From Leucoraja ocellata (Eukaryota): a stretch of 64,000 nucleotides of DNA. Every line of letters begins with the position of its first letter. The stretch's first letter is position 1. Both the position numbers and the translations under genes were made by a program. The stretch is from NCBI GenBank assembly GCA_036785375.1, contig JAWMAR010000027.1, forward strand, positions 4,588,001-4,652,000. Direction: 5' to 3'. Below, piece by piece: positions 1 through 13,136 of this stretch. The notes beneath the pieces are model-generated. The model did no database searches. It was given only the letters and a program-made list of their open reading frames with translations, and had not been told where the DNA came from.

Positions 1-759
1 TGCTTTTGTACTTGCCTTTTGTTTTGGTTAGAATATTGCTGATTCTTGACCTAAATTTAACAGTCTGCAATATAATTGAAAGTGCATTCACAATGCTTCA
101 TGCAATTAGCTGGTATCTTCCCCCATTCTAGTAAACAGATCTGTGCAACACAAATTTGCTTTTCCTTAGAGTGGTTGCAACTGACATCAGATTAGGCCTG
201 TCGGAAAACATTAACGTTTGTGCCTTTTTTCATTTTGGAGGATTCCAATGAGATGCTGACATTAATTGTGTCTTTGTAACCCCAAAAACAAAGTAAAATA
301 AATAAATAAGCACCTAATTTGTTGAAATGACAATATGACAAAATGGAAAGAAATCATTAGTTCTCAAGAGAATAAATAGAATCTAAAAGACTCAAAACAT
401 TAGTACAAATTCCCTGAAACAAAATTACAATTTAGTATCATTGGTCACCCGTACATTGTAACAGTTGATAAAACGGATGGAGCCAAGCAAATAGTCCCAT
501 AGATATTTAAATTCTGGAATGCCGTGTCATAAAAATTGAATTAATTTTATTCAGTGTGAAACTGGAGAAAATTATCCTTTTTCTGTAATTAGGTGTTCTT
601 AAAATTGCTCAGAAGGACAGATTAACTGAAACTGGTTATTGTTGGAGGATAACCCTAAATTTTGGACATGCTACAGTTTTGGCAATATTGGTGACAGTTC
701 AGTGTTCATTTTGTTTCTCACTGGTGGTGGATGGGTGAGGTCGTATTTCAATCAGTCAA

Positions 760-992
760 AGGGCCTGTCTCACTTGCTGGGTTTTTTTTTTTTCCCTGAG
801 ACTGCCGGCGTCATATCAGTGTCGCCAAAATATTTTTGCCATTTCAAAATCCAGCGGCGGGAAACAAAATGTTCCGACACTTGAAAAAACACCGTGTGTT
901 ATACATTGTCACGACGCGTATTTTTTGGTGTCCTGATATCAGTCAATGATGCCGGCAGTTACCGAAAAAAATCGCCAAGTGGGGCAGGCCCT
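760..992. mobile_element. PIF/Harbinger-like MITE
   Basis: Terminal inverted repeats agggcctgtctcacttg / caagtggggcaggccct, extended by inner inverted segments (actgccggcgtcat / atgatgccggcagt). Flanks caa/taa resemble a TWA target duplication. Confidence 0.75.
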
Positions 993-1074
993 TAAAGGAG
1001 CCCTTGGGGGCAGCATAGTTTGTACCAATGCGACCATGCAGCTCTGGCAAGCTTGGTCTCTTATCTTCTACTCT

Positions 1075-1230
1075 CTTCTACTGTTTTTCACGTTATTTCC
1101 ATTGTCATGTATCCATACACTGTGGATGGCTCAATTGTAATCATGTATTGGCTTTCCACTGACTGGTTGGTGGGCAACAAAAGCTTTTCACAGCACCTTG
1201 GTACTCATGACACTAAACTATCTGTGTAGT
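1075..1230 (+). mobile_element. Rex1/Babar-like LINE 3' end
   Basis: Same family as 45553-45880 (gattgtaatcatgtattg...caacaaaagcttttcac...). Confidence 0.6.
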
Positions 1231-2344
1231 GATGGCAGGCTTTATTTGTGATTGTATGGGTTTTCTCCTAGAGCTTCTGCTTCATCGCACTTCCAAATGA
1301 GTGTTGGGAGGTAAATTGGCTACTCTGAATTGGTGCTGATGTATAAGTGAGATATAGAGTGTGAAGGGTTTTGATGGTAATGTGGTGAAAACAAAAACCT
1401 GTAGGATTAGTGTAAAATGGATGCTTAATGGTCAGCACTGACTTGATGGGCCAACAGACCTGTTCTTTGCTGTATGATCTATGGTGTGATATTGCTCTTG
1501 TCTTCACCCCCATTGGATCAATGTTCTGGATCAATGGGATATCATCCAGGGAACGACTGTGGGGGGCAATAGCTGTTTCAGCTATGCTTGAAATTGAGTC
1601 TCAGTTCTGCCGAAATGTACTCAACTCTGCGTTATCAATGTTTGTAATAAAACAGTTAATTGCCCACCATCTGCATCAGTGATAGTTCAGGTTTTCTTTA
1701 TGGGTTTTATTTTTGGTAATTATCCCACTTAAGAGATCTTGCTTGCATATATACAGTTTTGAAAATCTTATAACCTTGAAGGCTTCTTAACTACTAACAC
1801 CGCCATCTCTGACACCATATCAACACATAAAGTTTCACGTGCTGCATTTAAAAGTTGATCAGTTACTGTGCATTTATTTCCCCCCATTAGAGACATATCA
1901 CGGAAATAGGCTATTCAGCCTGACTTGTTCATGCTGATCAAGTTGCCTATCTGAGCTAGTTCAATTTTCCTCTTAACATACCTATTTAATTGTATTTTCA
2001 ATTAGTAATTGTACCTGCCTACCACTTCCTCTGGCAGCTTATTCCACACCCCACCATCCTCTATCTAAGAAGGAAAGGTTGCTCCTTGAGTTTTCATTAG
2101 ATTTTTCTCAGCTTGCCTTCAATCTATGGCCTCTAGTTTTAGACTCCCTTTCCCCCGGGAAAACGTTTGTGACAATTAACATTCTGTGCCACTCATTATT
2201 TTGTATACCTCAAAATATTTTTAAAATCTCGTTGAAATGTAACATTTACGTTCTATTTATCGTCACCAATAAAGCCCGGGCATGTTGGAAAAATTATTCC
2301 AAAGTAAAGCAGTTTCAAATTCATCTCCTACCCTTCCTTCTATT

Positions 2345-2515
2345 CCAGTTTAGCTTATTATCACATGTACTGAGGTACAGTGAAAAGCTTTTGTTGCGTG
2401 CTAACCAGTCAACAGAATAACAGTGTTTAAGAAGCAACTGCAGATGCTGGATAACAATGCATGATTACAATCAAGTCATTTGCAGTATGCAGATACATAA
2501 GGGAATATTATAGTT
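2345..2515 (-). mobile_element. Rex1/Babar-like LINE 3' end with a small PLE tail fragment inserted (~2423-2452)
   Basis: tcacatgtactgaggtacagtgaaaagcttttgttgcgtgctaaccagtc is the reverse complement of the 3' UTR seen at 45780-45860. Confidence 0.6.
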
Positions 2516-3025
2516 AAAGTAAGAAATGGTGCTGTAGGTGTAGAGTGTGGAGCGATAGTAATATGTGATTGTAGATCTGCTTCTATGGCCAGCACGCAAC
2601 TAGTCGCCTGGGTTGTGCACCATTCTGTTTGTCTTTAATCTGCTCTTTCAAATGTTGATTCAACAGCACTCTGAGTTAAAGCAAAGATTTTCTCTCATGA
2701 TACATAGATGTCTTAGGATTCTGGCAACTTGCTCGAGTTGTCAGTACCCCATTTTCCCCTGCAGCTCTGTGTCTTTATACTTCCTAGTTCTTAGAGACAT
2801 GAATGCAGAATTGTGTTTCTGGGCAACGTTTGGTGGAAAATCTTCATTGAGATTCTGCAAGTTCTGACATCAAGACCTGACTGATAAAATTGCTCAAATA
2901 AAAATTCAGTATCAAGATTTTCATGAACTCGCCATGTACTATTTCAGCTTTTAAACTGCAATTCATGCCCATATTATTGCTAGTATTTGTTTTATCCCCA
3001 TTAAAATGTGTGTTTTTTTTTACAG

Positions 3026-3227
3026 GATATTGCACAGCACTCGAGCAGGATCTCCACTAACTGCAGTTGAGCTGCTGGCAGATGGGACCACACTGATGAT
3101 TGGATCCTCTCAGGGAAAGGTCAGCCTGTACGACTTCAGAAATATGGAATTTCCTGTAAAATCATCAAAGGTGCACAGCAGTGCTGTACGGTGTATTAAA
3201 CTTCAGACGGTGAGGGGAAAGCTACAG
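3026..3227 (+). CDS. NEDD1: NEDD1 internal coding exon (last WD40 repeats), phase 2 to 0
   Basis: Acceptor ttttttttacag|G and donor CAG|gtcagt. Encodes ILHSTRAGSPLTAVELLADGTTLMIGSSQGKVSLYDFRNMEFPVKSSKVHSSAVRCIKLQ, which matches recalled vertebrate NEDD1 PLTAVDFMPDGATLAIGSSRGKIYQYDLR..PVK...H...V.CI. Confidence 0.93.
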
Positions 3228-4280
3228 GTCAGTATCCTTTATTTACAATCACATTGCTCATCTGTCATTGGAATAGTTTCATCTTTTGTGTCAGTAAAGT
3301 TTTCATCATGTTGTCAATGTTTAATAGTGAATGTCACTGGTGCCACATCCTGCAAAGCCTCATTGCGTCCTTTCAATTTTTATGTCTGCAAATAGTTTAC
3401 TCGTCATGTATCTCTCGAACACATTGTATGTAGAGTTTAATTTGAAGAGGAATTTAGCACCGAAGAAGGGTCTTGACTCGAAACATCACGTATTCCTTCT
3501 CTCTAGAGATGCTACCTGCCCCCTGAGTTACTCTAGCGTTTTGCTAGAGTAACTCAATCTAAGTCTAGAGGGGGAGGGAGCCCCATGGTGACTGAATGTG
3601 TCCTGTTGGTGATAGCGGCCTAAAGAAAGAGCTGTCGGCCAGGGGCTACAACATGTGCTGCAATAACAGCCACCTCAACCAGACCATGCAGCAGCTAGTG
3701 AAAATGAGCTTGCTGGTGTAGACAAGTGACATCGGCTCCTAGTTTTAAGGTAAAACGGCACAAAATGCAGGAGGAACTCGGCAGACTGAATCAGTCTGAG
3801 CAAGGGTCCTGACGTCACCTATCCATGTTCACCAGGGATGCTGCCTGACCTACTTTCTTACAACACTTGTGATTTTTTTTTTTTGCCTGAGATTCCATCG
3901 TCTGCAGTTCCTTGTGCCTTCATAAAAGACTTACTACAAACTCTGTGCAATGTGCAATTCTCAGTGTGCTGGCTGCCACAATTTTAATTAAGAGTTGGGA
4001 AGATTTTGTTTGAACCCTAGCCAATATTTATCTCTCAATCGACATCAATAACATTGATGTTTGAAGAATTACCACATCACTGAGTGTAGATTAGTTGCTG
4101 TGTTTCTAACAATATACCATTAATTATACATCTACTTTTACCAGTGCACTGGCCCCTTCTGTACCGTTTGAGACAGTAAAATATTTTGTGCTATTCTAAT
4201 GCACAGCTGATTCTGCACTGTTGATTACTTGCATCTACGACAAGAGAAAAATTATTTAAATCTCTTTCATAAAATCGAAG

Positions 4281-4397
4281 GTAGACCCAAAATGCTGGAG
4301 TAACTCAGCTGGTGAGGCTGCATATCTGGAGAGAAGGAATGGGCGACGTTTCGGGTCGAGACCCTTCATTCTGAAGAAGTGGCTCGACCTGAATATT
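4281..4397. mobile_element. Penelope-like pseudo-LTR fragment with inverted junction and hammerhead-like cores
   Basis: gtagacccaaaatgctggagtaactcagc...gacgtttcgggtcgagacccttc is immediately followed by ctgaagaagtggctcgacctgaa in the opposite orientation. Confidence 0.7.
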
Positions 4398-5309
4398 GTT
4401 CTATCATATTGCCTGTCTAATACATGTTTTAGCCCATGTTCTAAAGTCTGCAGATGCTGTTCTCATAGGGAGTCAGTAAATGGGTCTCGAGTAACTAGAC
4501 AATGCTGAACTAAAATTACCTTTTCTGGTGGAAAAGATGACCATTTTTGAACCATTCCTGTTTTTTGTATTTTTTACCCCTTTATCAAATTTAACTTTGT
4601 TTCCAGTCAAATTAAGTCAGGAACAATGTATGAAAGATGATAATTAAAGAAACATAGACTTGATTATGTAATGAAGATCCAACTGAGGTTCAATCTCGTT
4701 TAAGGTGCTGATGATAACAAAGGTTACTTTTTTGTGTGGAGTCGAACCACTTTGATCAATCAACCATGCTCATGGATATTCCAGGCATGGAGTTGACTAA
4801 ACAATCTTTTGCTCATCCACTCACTAGCTCTTATTTCGAGGGGAGGAAATTCAGAGGGGTTCCTTTCTTCTTCTATAGCTATCTAAGGGAACTTTAAGGA
4901 TGGTCACAGAATGAACAGTATTGGGTTTGGCCTTCTCAGCACACAAATTAAATTAATTCCTTACCATGAAACTGAAGGGGATATGATGGTCATGAAAGTG
5001 TCACACAGTGAGCTGAAGGATTAATGGGGTGCACTTGTCGACTTCCTTGAGCTTGAGAACCAGGCCGTGCATAAAACTACAGAGTGTGCTGCATGACCCT
5101 ATTGCTTTGCTTAATCACACTGTCATCTGCAAAAGCACTAACTTCCAATGTGTGTGCTAATTTTCTGGAAGTATATTTGCACATGTCAGTGATAATCCTA
5201 TTCTTGCTCACTGTTGGAAAAAGCACATCGAAATGTGAACACGTTTTGGTCAGGATAAGCACTTTTATCGGGATGCATCAGTTTGTTTTTGGACCAGTTC
5301 CATCCCAGA

Positions 5310-5467
5310 GTGCAAGAAATTGCAGAGTTGTGGGTGTAGCCCAGACCAACACATAAACCAACGTCCCTTCCATTGATTCTAGCATAATCAAGGACCTGTT
5401 TCTCCCCCGTCACTCACTCTTCTCCCTTTTCCTGTCAGACAAGAGGTACAAATGTTTGAAAACGCAC
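5310..5467 (+). mobile_element. Rex1/Babar-like LINE ORF C-terminal fragment
   Basis: Translates in pieces to RVVGVAQT...IIKD...HSLFSLFLSDKRYKCLKTH, the family's typical C-terminal motif. Confidence 0.6.
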
Positions 5468-5693
5468 CCGACCTGGGCGCAACAGCCAGACCGGGGGCAA
5501 GCGAGCCAACCTGGGAACTGCAGCTATTCGCACGGTATGCAGCCGACTTGGGAACTGCAGCCATTCGCGGGACATGCAGCCGACCTGGGTGTCATAGTGG
5601 GACCTCGGACAAGCGAGCCGACCTGGGTGTCACAGCCAGTCCTGGGGCAAGCGAGCTGACCTGGACGCTACAGCCAGTTCCGTGGCACACAGG
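5468..5693. repeat. GC-rich minisatellite, 6 units of 37-38 bp
   Basis: Core ccgacctggg (or near variants) starts at 5468, 5506, 5543, 5580, 5618 and 5656. Confidence 0.85.
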
Positions 5694-6159
5694 CTTTGGA
5701 GGTGTGTGGCGGTTGTCGGCCAAGTGAGAATAGCAGAGAGAACTGTTGCCTTGTCAGCAGATGCGCACAAAAGCTGGTATTAGTTTTGAAATTCTCGTTA
5801 TCCCTATTTTTGACCTGGCTGGGTGACCAGACAGTGAGGGGACCAGCTCAAGAGCAAAGATCATAGAGCGGAGCGGGTCAGTGGGCGATGAATAACAGGA
5901 CAGCGGGCGGTGGAGCTTACTCCTGTATCAGTGCGAGTAACCTCAATTGTTATTGTTATTCAATAAGATCACAACTGATGTAACTTTTCCCGGTGTGCTC
6001 CCATTTTTCCCACCATCTGTCCACCTGCCATCGCCCTCCACCCCCCACCCATTCAGTCATTCAGAATGGAGGAGATCTGGAAGCCATGGGCAAATTAAAT
6101 TGTTACTTTCTTTATTTTTACTTTTTATTTTTATTTTTTTGAGCCTGAGAAATTCGATG

Positions 6160-6248
6160 TCCCGCCAGCCTTTTTTCAAAATGTAGCACCTCAAAATGGG
6201 GGTGTGTCTTCGATGCAGGTGCGTCTTCAGAGCCGGCAAATACGGTAA
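6160..6248. mobile_element. Right end of a Tc2/pogo-like DNA transposon
   Basis: ggtgcgtcttcagagccggcaaatacgg|TA; the reverse complement CCGTATTTGCCGG... is the typical Tc2-type terminus with a TA target. No matching left end found. Confidence 0.55.
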
Positions 6249-7110
6249 ATAAACTAAAGCTTAATACGACAATTATTCTGTTAATTTCTCCCCTCCAATC
6301 ATCCTATAATGTGAATATGTGGATTCCCTTTATTTTTCACCCTGAATATATCTGTATTCTATTTTAACAACTTAGTGAATCCAATTGAACAGTTATCATT
6401 AGGTTTTCCCTTGTCTGCTATAATTAACCAATCTAACGGCTGATGTAACTTGCCACATAGGTTTTTGCATGAACAGTTGTTACCATTATACACATAAGAT
6501 GCTTGCCTTTATATACATGCCTGCAGAATTGTACCATGCTAAGAAAAGAGTGGAGAGAGGGAGGGTGCATGTAGGATTAAAACCACCAACTGCTTTTAAG
6601 GATGTGGTTAGCCTGCTTTTTATCCCATCAATTTTTTTTTTACAGTTAAGAGATGTTTAAATCTCCAATTGTATTTGCTCTCTATCTGCTCCTTGGTTTC
6701 TGCTTTAGTGTTTAAAATACACCCTCTTGCATGCTCACACGCACACCTTTAAATATATTTTGTCGTCTTTGCCAGGAATAGGATTATGTTGCTCAGTTTC
6801 TGTAGCTATAATAATGATAGCGCTTACTTATTTTCTGAAAGTATAATAGGATTAATATTTCATTGCATGCTGTAAGTTTATAATCTGCAGCTCTAGTGCT
6901 TCAATATAATGACCCCACTTTTCCATGGTCTGAAGGCCCTCGAATGGAATAGTGTGCTCATTTGAGAAGCCAAATATTTATTCTTAATTTTTGTTCATAA
7001 TGATATTGTAGTGAGGAAGTACTGATATTTTGCCCTCTTGAGAGTGCACTATTTTATCAAATAATTTGTTTAATAGGCATTCATTCTTGTTTGTAGGCTA
7101 GTACTGTTGA

Positions 7111-7434
7111 TCTTTAGTTTAATTTTAGTTTGGAGAAAAACCAGGCCGATTGGCCCACCAAGTACTGACCATTGATTGCCTGTTCACACTAGTTCTATTA
7201 TTCTTTCCCCATTCAGCCGTTCCCCGCACATTTGAGGCAATTTTTATAGAGGCCAATTAACCTGCAACTCGCATGTCTTTGGGATGTGGGAGAAATCTAG
7301 AGCATCCCGAGGAAACCTACAGTCACAAGGAGAACGTGCAAACTTCACACAGACAGCATCCTGAGGTTGGGATTGAACCCGGGTCTCTGGCGCTGTGAAG
7401 CAGTAGCTCTATCAGTTGAGCCACTGTGCTGCCC
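7111..7434 (-). mobile_element. HE1-like tRNA-derived V-SINE (second degraded copy at ~7455-7655)
   Basis: tRNA-like head (gggattgaacccgggtctctggcgctg) and V-domain (ggagaacgtgcaaact; gggatgtgggagaaa) in antisense orientation. Confidence 0.8.
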
Positions 7435-8289
7435 TAAAATTTATTGATTGCAAAATATAGCATGGAAGCAGGCCCTTCGATTCGTTGAGTTTATGCCAAC
7501 TATCGATCTGTCGTTCACACTAGTTATGTTATTCCACTTTTACATCGACTCCCTACACTGTTGGGACAACATGCTGAGACCAATTAGCTTATAAACCCAC
7601 AAGTTATTGGGACGTGGGACAGTTTTTGGGAAACTAGAGCACCCGGATGGAACCCAAACCCAATTGTAGCCACTTAAAGTAGTGAAGGGTTGAACCAACA
7701 AAGGGATCTTTAGGGGGTGCTGCCTCATAAAGGGCCCACACCACCTTCGCCACGCTTGCTTTTCACTCCAGCCTTTGGGGGGGAAAAGATATAGGACTTT
7801 GAAAACCAGACTGGTTTAATTGCACCATGGCCACAAAATAGGATTTGGTTTGCTGCTTTGCCAGGAGGCAATTCCAGTTGTTAATATATGGCAAATACAC
7901 AAGTAATCTCATTCTGCCTTTGGCTTCCTGAAATTGGTAACCTGTGGATTGTGCACCTTGGCTCTGTCGCCATTCTTTTTAAAACGGGATCCTAGAGCAA
8001 ATGTTTGACTTGTGGTTAGTGGGATGGGAAATCTCAGCCATGAACCTGTCAGCAGAGATTACTGGAACAACTGCCATAGCAATTTTAGTTTCCTTTTCCA
8101 CCACTGTTTCCTGGGTGTAACTTGTCAAAGCTCAATTATATAAAAAATATAAGGACTGGGGACACTGGAACATCATCCACCACCCTGAATTTTAATTTCT
8201 TCCATGAGCAGTGTGCCAAAAAAAAGTGTATCATTTGCAATACATACTGTAGCAACACAGCAGGATTTCCTCAACAGCACCTTATAACC

Positions 8290-8650
8290 ATATAACCATA
8301 TAACAATTACAGCACGGAAACAGGCCATCTCGGCCCTACAAGTCCGTGCCGAACAAATTTTTTTTCCCCTTAGTCCCACCTGCCTGCACTCATACCATAA
8401 CCCTCCATTCCCTTCTCATGATCATCAAGAGAGAGAGTCAATTTAATTCATCCATATGCCTATCCAATTTATTTTAAAATGATACCAATGAACCTGCCTC
8501 CACCACTTCCACTGGAAGCTCATTCCACACCGCTACCACTCTCTGAGTAAGTTCCCCCTCATATTACCCCTAAACATCTGTCCCTTAATTCTGAAGTCAT
8601 GTCCTCTTGTTTGAATCTTCCCTATTCTCAAAGGGAAAAGCTTGTCCTTG
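8290..8650 (-). mobile_element. CR1 LINE 3' end
   Basis: (ccatataa)n tail followed by reverse-complement CR1 3' UTR and ORF2 end; a ~30-bp insert sits at ~8420-8450. Confidence 0.7.
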
Positions 8651-8769
8651 CAAAATCATGGTCACCATTTAGAAGGAAAAAAGCAGCAGGTTCTTGGGAG
8701 CACCACTAACCCTGACCTGAAAATGTTACTGAAAATGTTATTGATGCTAGAACTAAATATGTTCAGTGA

Positions 8770-9200
8770 TAGGAGCGGAATTAGTCCATTTGGCCCATCA
8801 AGTCTACTCTGCCATTAAATCATGGCTGATCTATCTCCCTCCTAACCCCATTCTCTTGCCTTCGCACAACCCCTGACACCCATATTTATCAAGAATCTAT
8901 CTCTGCCTTAAGTAGCCATTGACTTTGCCTCTGCAGCCTTCTGTGGCAATGAATTCCACGGATTCACTACCCTCTGACTAAAGAAATTATTTCTGAAGAA
9001 ACGTCCTTTAATTCTGAGGCTATGACCTCTGGTCCTAGTCTCTCCCACAAGTGGAAACATCCACTCTGTCCAGCCCTTCCTCTATTCGGTAAGTTTCAAT
9101 GAGGTGCCCCCTCATCTTTTTAAACTCCAGTGAACAGAGGCCCAGTGTTGTCAAACGCTCATCATATGTTAACCCACTCATTCCTGGGATCGTTCTCATG
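8770..9200 (-). mobile_element. CR1 LINE 3' fragment
   Basis: ORF 9035-9238 gives IPGMSGLTYDERLTTLGLCSLEFKKMRGHLIETY, the CR1 ORF2 C-terminus. Confidence 0.9.
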
Positions 9201-10789
9201 TGGGAACAAACTAGCCAACAGTATTGTGGGAGGACCACAGAGGCAGTCTAGATATGTTTAAGAAGACAGTTCCTACTGCCTTGTGGTAGGCAATTACGGA
9301 TGGGCAATAAATACTGTCTTTGCTGGCGGAGCCCATGTCTCATAACATTTTTGGAAGAAAACCAATGATGACATCTGCTCCTTTCCAGAGCTGATCTTTC
9401 TAATGGGCATATCTGTCATGGGTACCTTGATAGTGCCAGCTGTCTGCAGTTGGCCTTTGAAATCCATTGTGTTACAGCCATGGGAAACTAGGTCTGACTT
9501 CTGCACCCGAGAGTTCTGTACTTAAATTAGGAGTGTCCTGGAGAAGTTAATTGCTGAAAACAAATCTTGAGCAAAGGCCCACTGTTTCAGTTTGTCAGGC
9601 AGAGTAATGGAGTTCAGGAAAGTGCAGCTGGGTCTCCTTGCATTGGACAATTGTTTCAGATGATATTTACAGTGCTAACCAAACGCGATGAAGACAAAAC
9701 ATTCCATTCCCTCGGTGCCCATCATTTGAAGGAGGAAAAAAACATGCATGAAAAGTTCACTTCATGGGAAGAAGTAATGAGCTTGAAAACATTCTTGATG
9801 TGTTTCAGTTTTGGTGCATCTCAGTGTTTTTCAAGTACTGGATTCCTATGTTGGAGAAAGTATCTCCATGGTTAAGTGCTCTTCTTAATTGCTTCACCCT
9901 GAACACAGATGAAACTGGATTTCATTAAAATATATAGTTTTCGCATAATGTGAAAGCTGCTGATCTGGTTACAGATTTGCTTGTTTTGAAATGCATCTTT
10001 TTCTTGACCTGTATTGAAAGTGCTGAACACTTCTTTTACCTGTCACTATCTTTCATTAAATGCTGTAAATAAAGATAGAAGGGGTAATGTGCTCATCTTT
10101 CACTGTGAAGACTGGCCTCTTGCACAGAGATTGATTGTATGACCTTCAGAATTGGCCTTGGCATTTTTTTCTTCATGTGCCCACAGGTGCCACATTACAT
10201 TCAAAGATAATACAACAAAAACAAAATCCCTTGAGCCCAATGCTTTAAGTTATCACTTGGAACAGTGAAAACCACTGCTGTGTTATGGAACAGTTTAATC
10301 TTTCGAAGGATGAAAATAGAATGGGAATTAACTGCTGTTCCTGATGTCAAACCACCCAGTAGAAATGTTTATTTCCTGCATGGTGTTCAAATAGAAAAGG
10401 ATTTTTTTGCACGAAAATATGACACCAGCAATTCAGTTCAAATTAAGAGACATGAATTGCTTGGTTTTCGAGGTGTAGAGAATGGACATGATCTTGGTCT
10501 GTCACAGTGAGGTGTACCATGAACCATGTACATGCACACGATGCATCCTTTAATGCCTTTAGCACTGTATGGTAAACATTAGTCAGAAAATAATGGCTGT
10601 TCTGAAAAACATATATAGTTGAGGTGAGCAAAGAGGAAAAATCTGACCTTGTATTTTGCCACACAAGCCATTTAGTGTTTTTACCACAATCAATATTTTA
10701 AAACTGACATTCCAATCAATCATTTCCAATCTGACCAAATAGGATTCCCTCTACTAACCCTCTCCTGTGCCTGTTGGAACTCGTCCCCA

Positions 10790-11030
10790 ACAACTTCTTT
10801 CAACGACGATTAACTTTTGTCAGGTTGAAGGTGTACCTATGGGCACTCGAGTGTTGCCCAGCTATGCCTGCCTGTTTGTTGCATTCGTCAAACAAACCTT
10901 GTTCCAAACATACACTGGCATCATCTCAAAAAACTCTTTCCCTGCTACATTGAAGACTGCATCAAGGCTGCCTCCTGCACCCCTGCTGGACTCATTGATT
11001 TTGTTAATTCTGCCACTAACTTCCACCCAC
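10790..11030 (+). mobile_element. Penelope-like element reverse transcriptase fragment (degraded)
   Basis: QVEGVPMGTRVLPSYACLFV is a PLE RT motif (G.AMG...PSYA.LF); a YIED (YIDD-like) segment follows in another frame. Confidence 0.75.
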
Positions 11031-12140
11031 AGTATTGTCACAATATCGCCTATTCGTTCTCCAGAGAAGCTGCTTGACCACCGAGTTCCTCCAGAACTGT
11101 CTTAATTTGGCCATTTTGTTACTTATTCACGAGCCTTGCAGTCTGCTGCTGCATTTCCTTGTTTCAAAATTTACTGTAAATTTAGTATATAGTATATATT
11201 GGCTGTAAATGATCTGGGTGAATGTATGTCAATTTAACAATCTGGATGATTGTTATATACATTTTCTTTTAAGATTATATTAGGAACAAAACACAATTGT
11301 TGCTGTTTTATACATGTTTAGCTTTTTGATGATGCACTAGGAGTCTGCTAGTATATTTTTCATTTATGGCTTGTCGAAGATAAAGATTCAACTTGTGAAA
11401 ACATTTATTTTCTGTGAAGTATCTCTTGCAAAAACATTCCTGCTCCTTTCTGACATCCTAAATGCATGTTTGGCAATATAAAGTTTGACGGATATTGATT
11501 TTTTTTTTTTCACAGATCAATTTTTCAAGGTTGCTGGAACATAATTGGGCAATTTAGTTATCAAAATTGTTGACTTTTGCTACCAGTGGTTTTGTTGAAT
11601 CTCTTTCAAAAATTCCATTAGTGGTGTTTGGCTAATAAATATGTTACACTGTCTTTTCAAGCAAAGATGAGATCTTTATATTGAACACTTTGTTTGACAA
11701 AATGACATTTGACTCCAAATCCAGGAGGTATGCAATTAAAAATAGAAAATGCTGTAAATATACAACATGGCAGCATCAATAAAAAGAGAAACAGGTTGGT
11801 GACCTATTGCAGATATCGCCTTGAGAGTAGATCTTAAATATAAATGGGATTTACGTTTTTGCATATTTTCAATATCTGCAGTATTTTTATTTTCTAAAAG
11901 GTTTGCAAATGTTCATACTTAAGCGAGGTGGTTGTGGCTGATTATTTGAATGTGCTTCACAAATAATACAAGGCATGTCAGTGCTGTATCTGGAGCCGTT
12001 TTGTTATTTGAAGTTCTCTAAGCTGTGTGAGCCATCACCCAAATAAGACGAAACATTAAGCTTTTCCAGAAAACATTTAAAATTAGAATGCAAAGTTTCA
12101 TAAATCAATTTTATTTCCCCCTCACCCCCAAACTTTACAG

Positions 12141-12246
12141 GCTCCATGGCCCTCCTCTTGGAGTCGTGTCAAAGGCGAAGTCTACAATGTATCGGTGGCA
12201 AATGATGCCAGTAACAAAAATGTCACTTCAAACCCGAATGAATTGT
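12141..12246 (+). CDS. NEDD1: NEDD1 linker exon, phase 0 to 1 (APWPSSWSRVKGEVYNVSVANDASNKNVTSNPNEL)
   Basis: Acceptor actttacag|GCT and donor TGT|gtaagt. Open in the frame that joins the upstream phase-0 exon to the downstream phase-1 exon. The sequence itself is poorly conserved. Confidence 0.72.
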
Positions 12247-13136
12247 GTAAGTTTTTTTTTCCCCCTGTTATCAGTTTCTTTCATGTCCACCCAGTTTTCA
12301 GTTGATGAGATTCTGCATGTCATTGATGAGGTAATTTGCTCTAAACTAATGATGAGTGTAACAAAAATAACAATGACGTCTTCTGGGAGAGATGACAGAA
12401 TGGGGAAAGATGGAAGGTGAGAGGGTGGGGTTGGGTGGTGCATAGAAAAGGACCTGGAGCAAAGCTTTGCTATCAATTAGTTTTGAGATGCCCAGCATAA
12501 GATTGCGTAAGTGCGTGGCTGTAAAATAATGTTGCCCATCCTGAGGGAAGATAATCATCCCAATTGTTAGTATATCTGCTTGGTTATGCTCATTATTTAT
12601 GTTTGAGAGTTACTGTATTTCTGGTCTTTTATATTGCCTTCGGAAGTTGAAGTTCCACAAACCAAGCTTTCCTTGTTTATTTTGTAAACCATTTGGCCTC
12701 AGCAACACAAGGCCAAACAAACCTAGCCAAATGAGATGCTGAAGATGACAGGGATTTTGAAAGGATTTTGAGGATACATTTTAATTATTACTGGGTGGTG
12801 GACTCTTTGTTAAAACAGAATGTTCTTTGAATGGGGCAGACAAAAACTAAGACAGGACGAAACATTGTTCATCAAGATTGATATTTGACCATTTCTCCGA
12901 GATAGTCATTAATGGCATAAGATTTTTTTCTCTCCCTCCCCCTCATTATAATCCTTTCCATGGTCTAAAGGCATTTCCAATTATTAGTGACAAAAGTTTT
13001 AATTATTCCAGTCATTTTCTGATACCAAATTGTTAGCTTTAGTTTCCTGTTTAGTCCCTTAAATCTGCATTGATCTCTGTATTAAAGTGTATTGATGGAG
13101 GAGGTTACAAATCCCATGTTGATATTTCTTTTTCAG

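Noticed and set aside
5468-5693. CRISPR-like repeat-spacer appearance
   Set aside because: The conserved core is only ~11 bp, the 'spacers' are homologous to one another, there are no cas genes, and the context is a vertebrate intron. It is a minisatellite.
10186-10215. Good-looking acceptor (cttcatgtgcccacag|) as an extra NEDD1 exon
   Set aside because: The required phase-0 frame hits TAA after 7 codons and no clear donor follows.
12088-12420. ORF-track frame (LHGPPLGVVS...) as the NEDD1 reading frame
   Set aside because: The flanking exon phases (0 upstream, 1 downstream) require the other open frame, APWPSSWSR...
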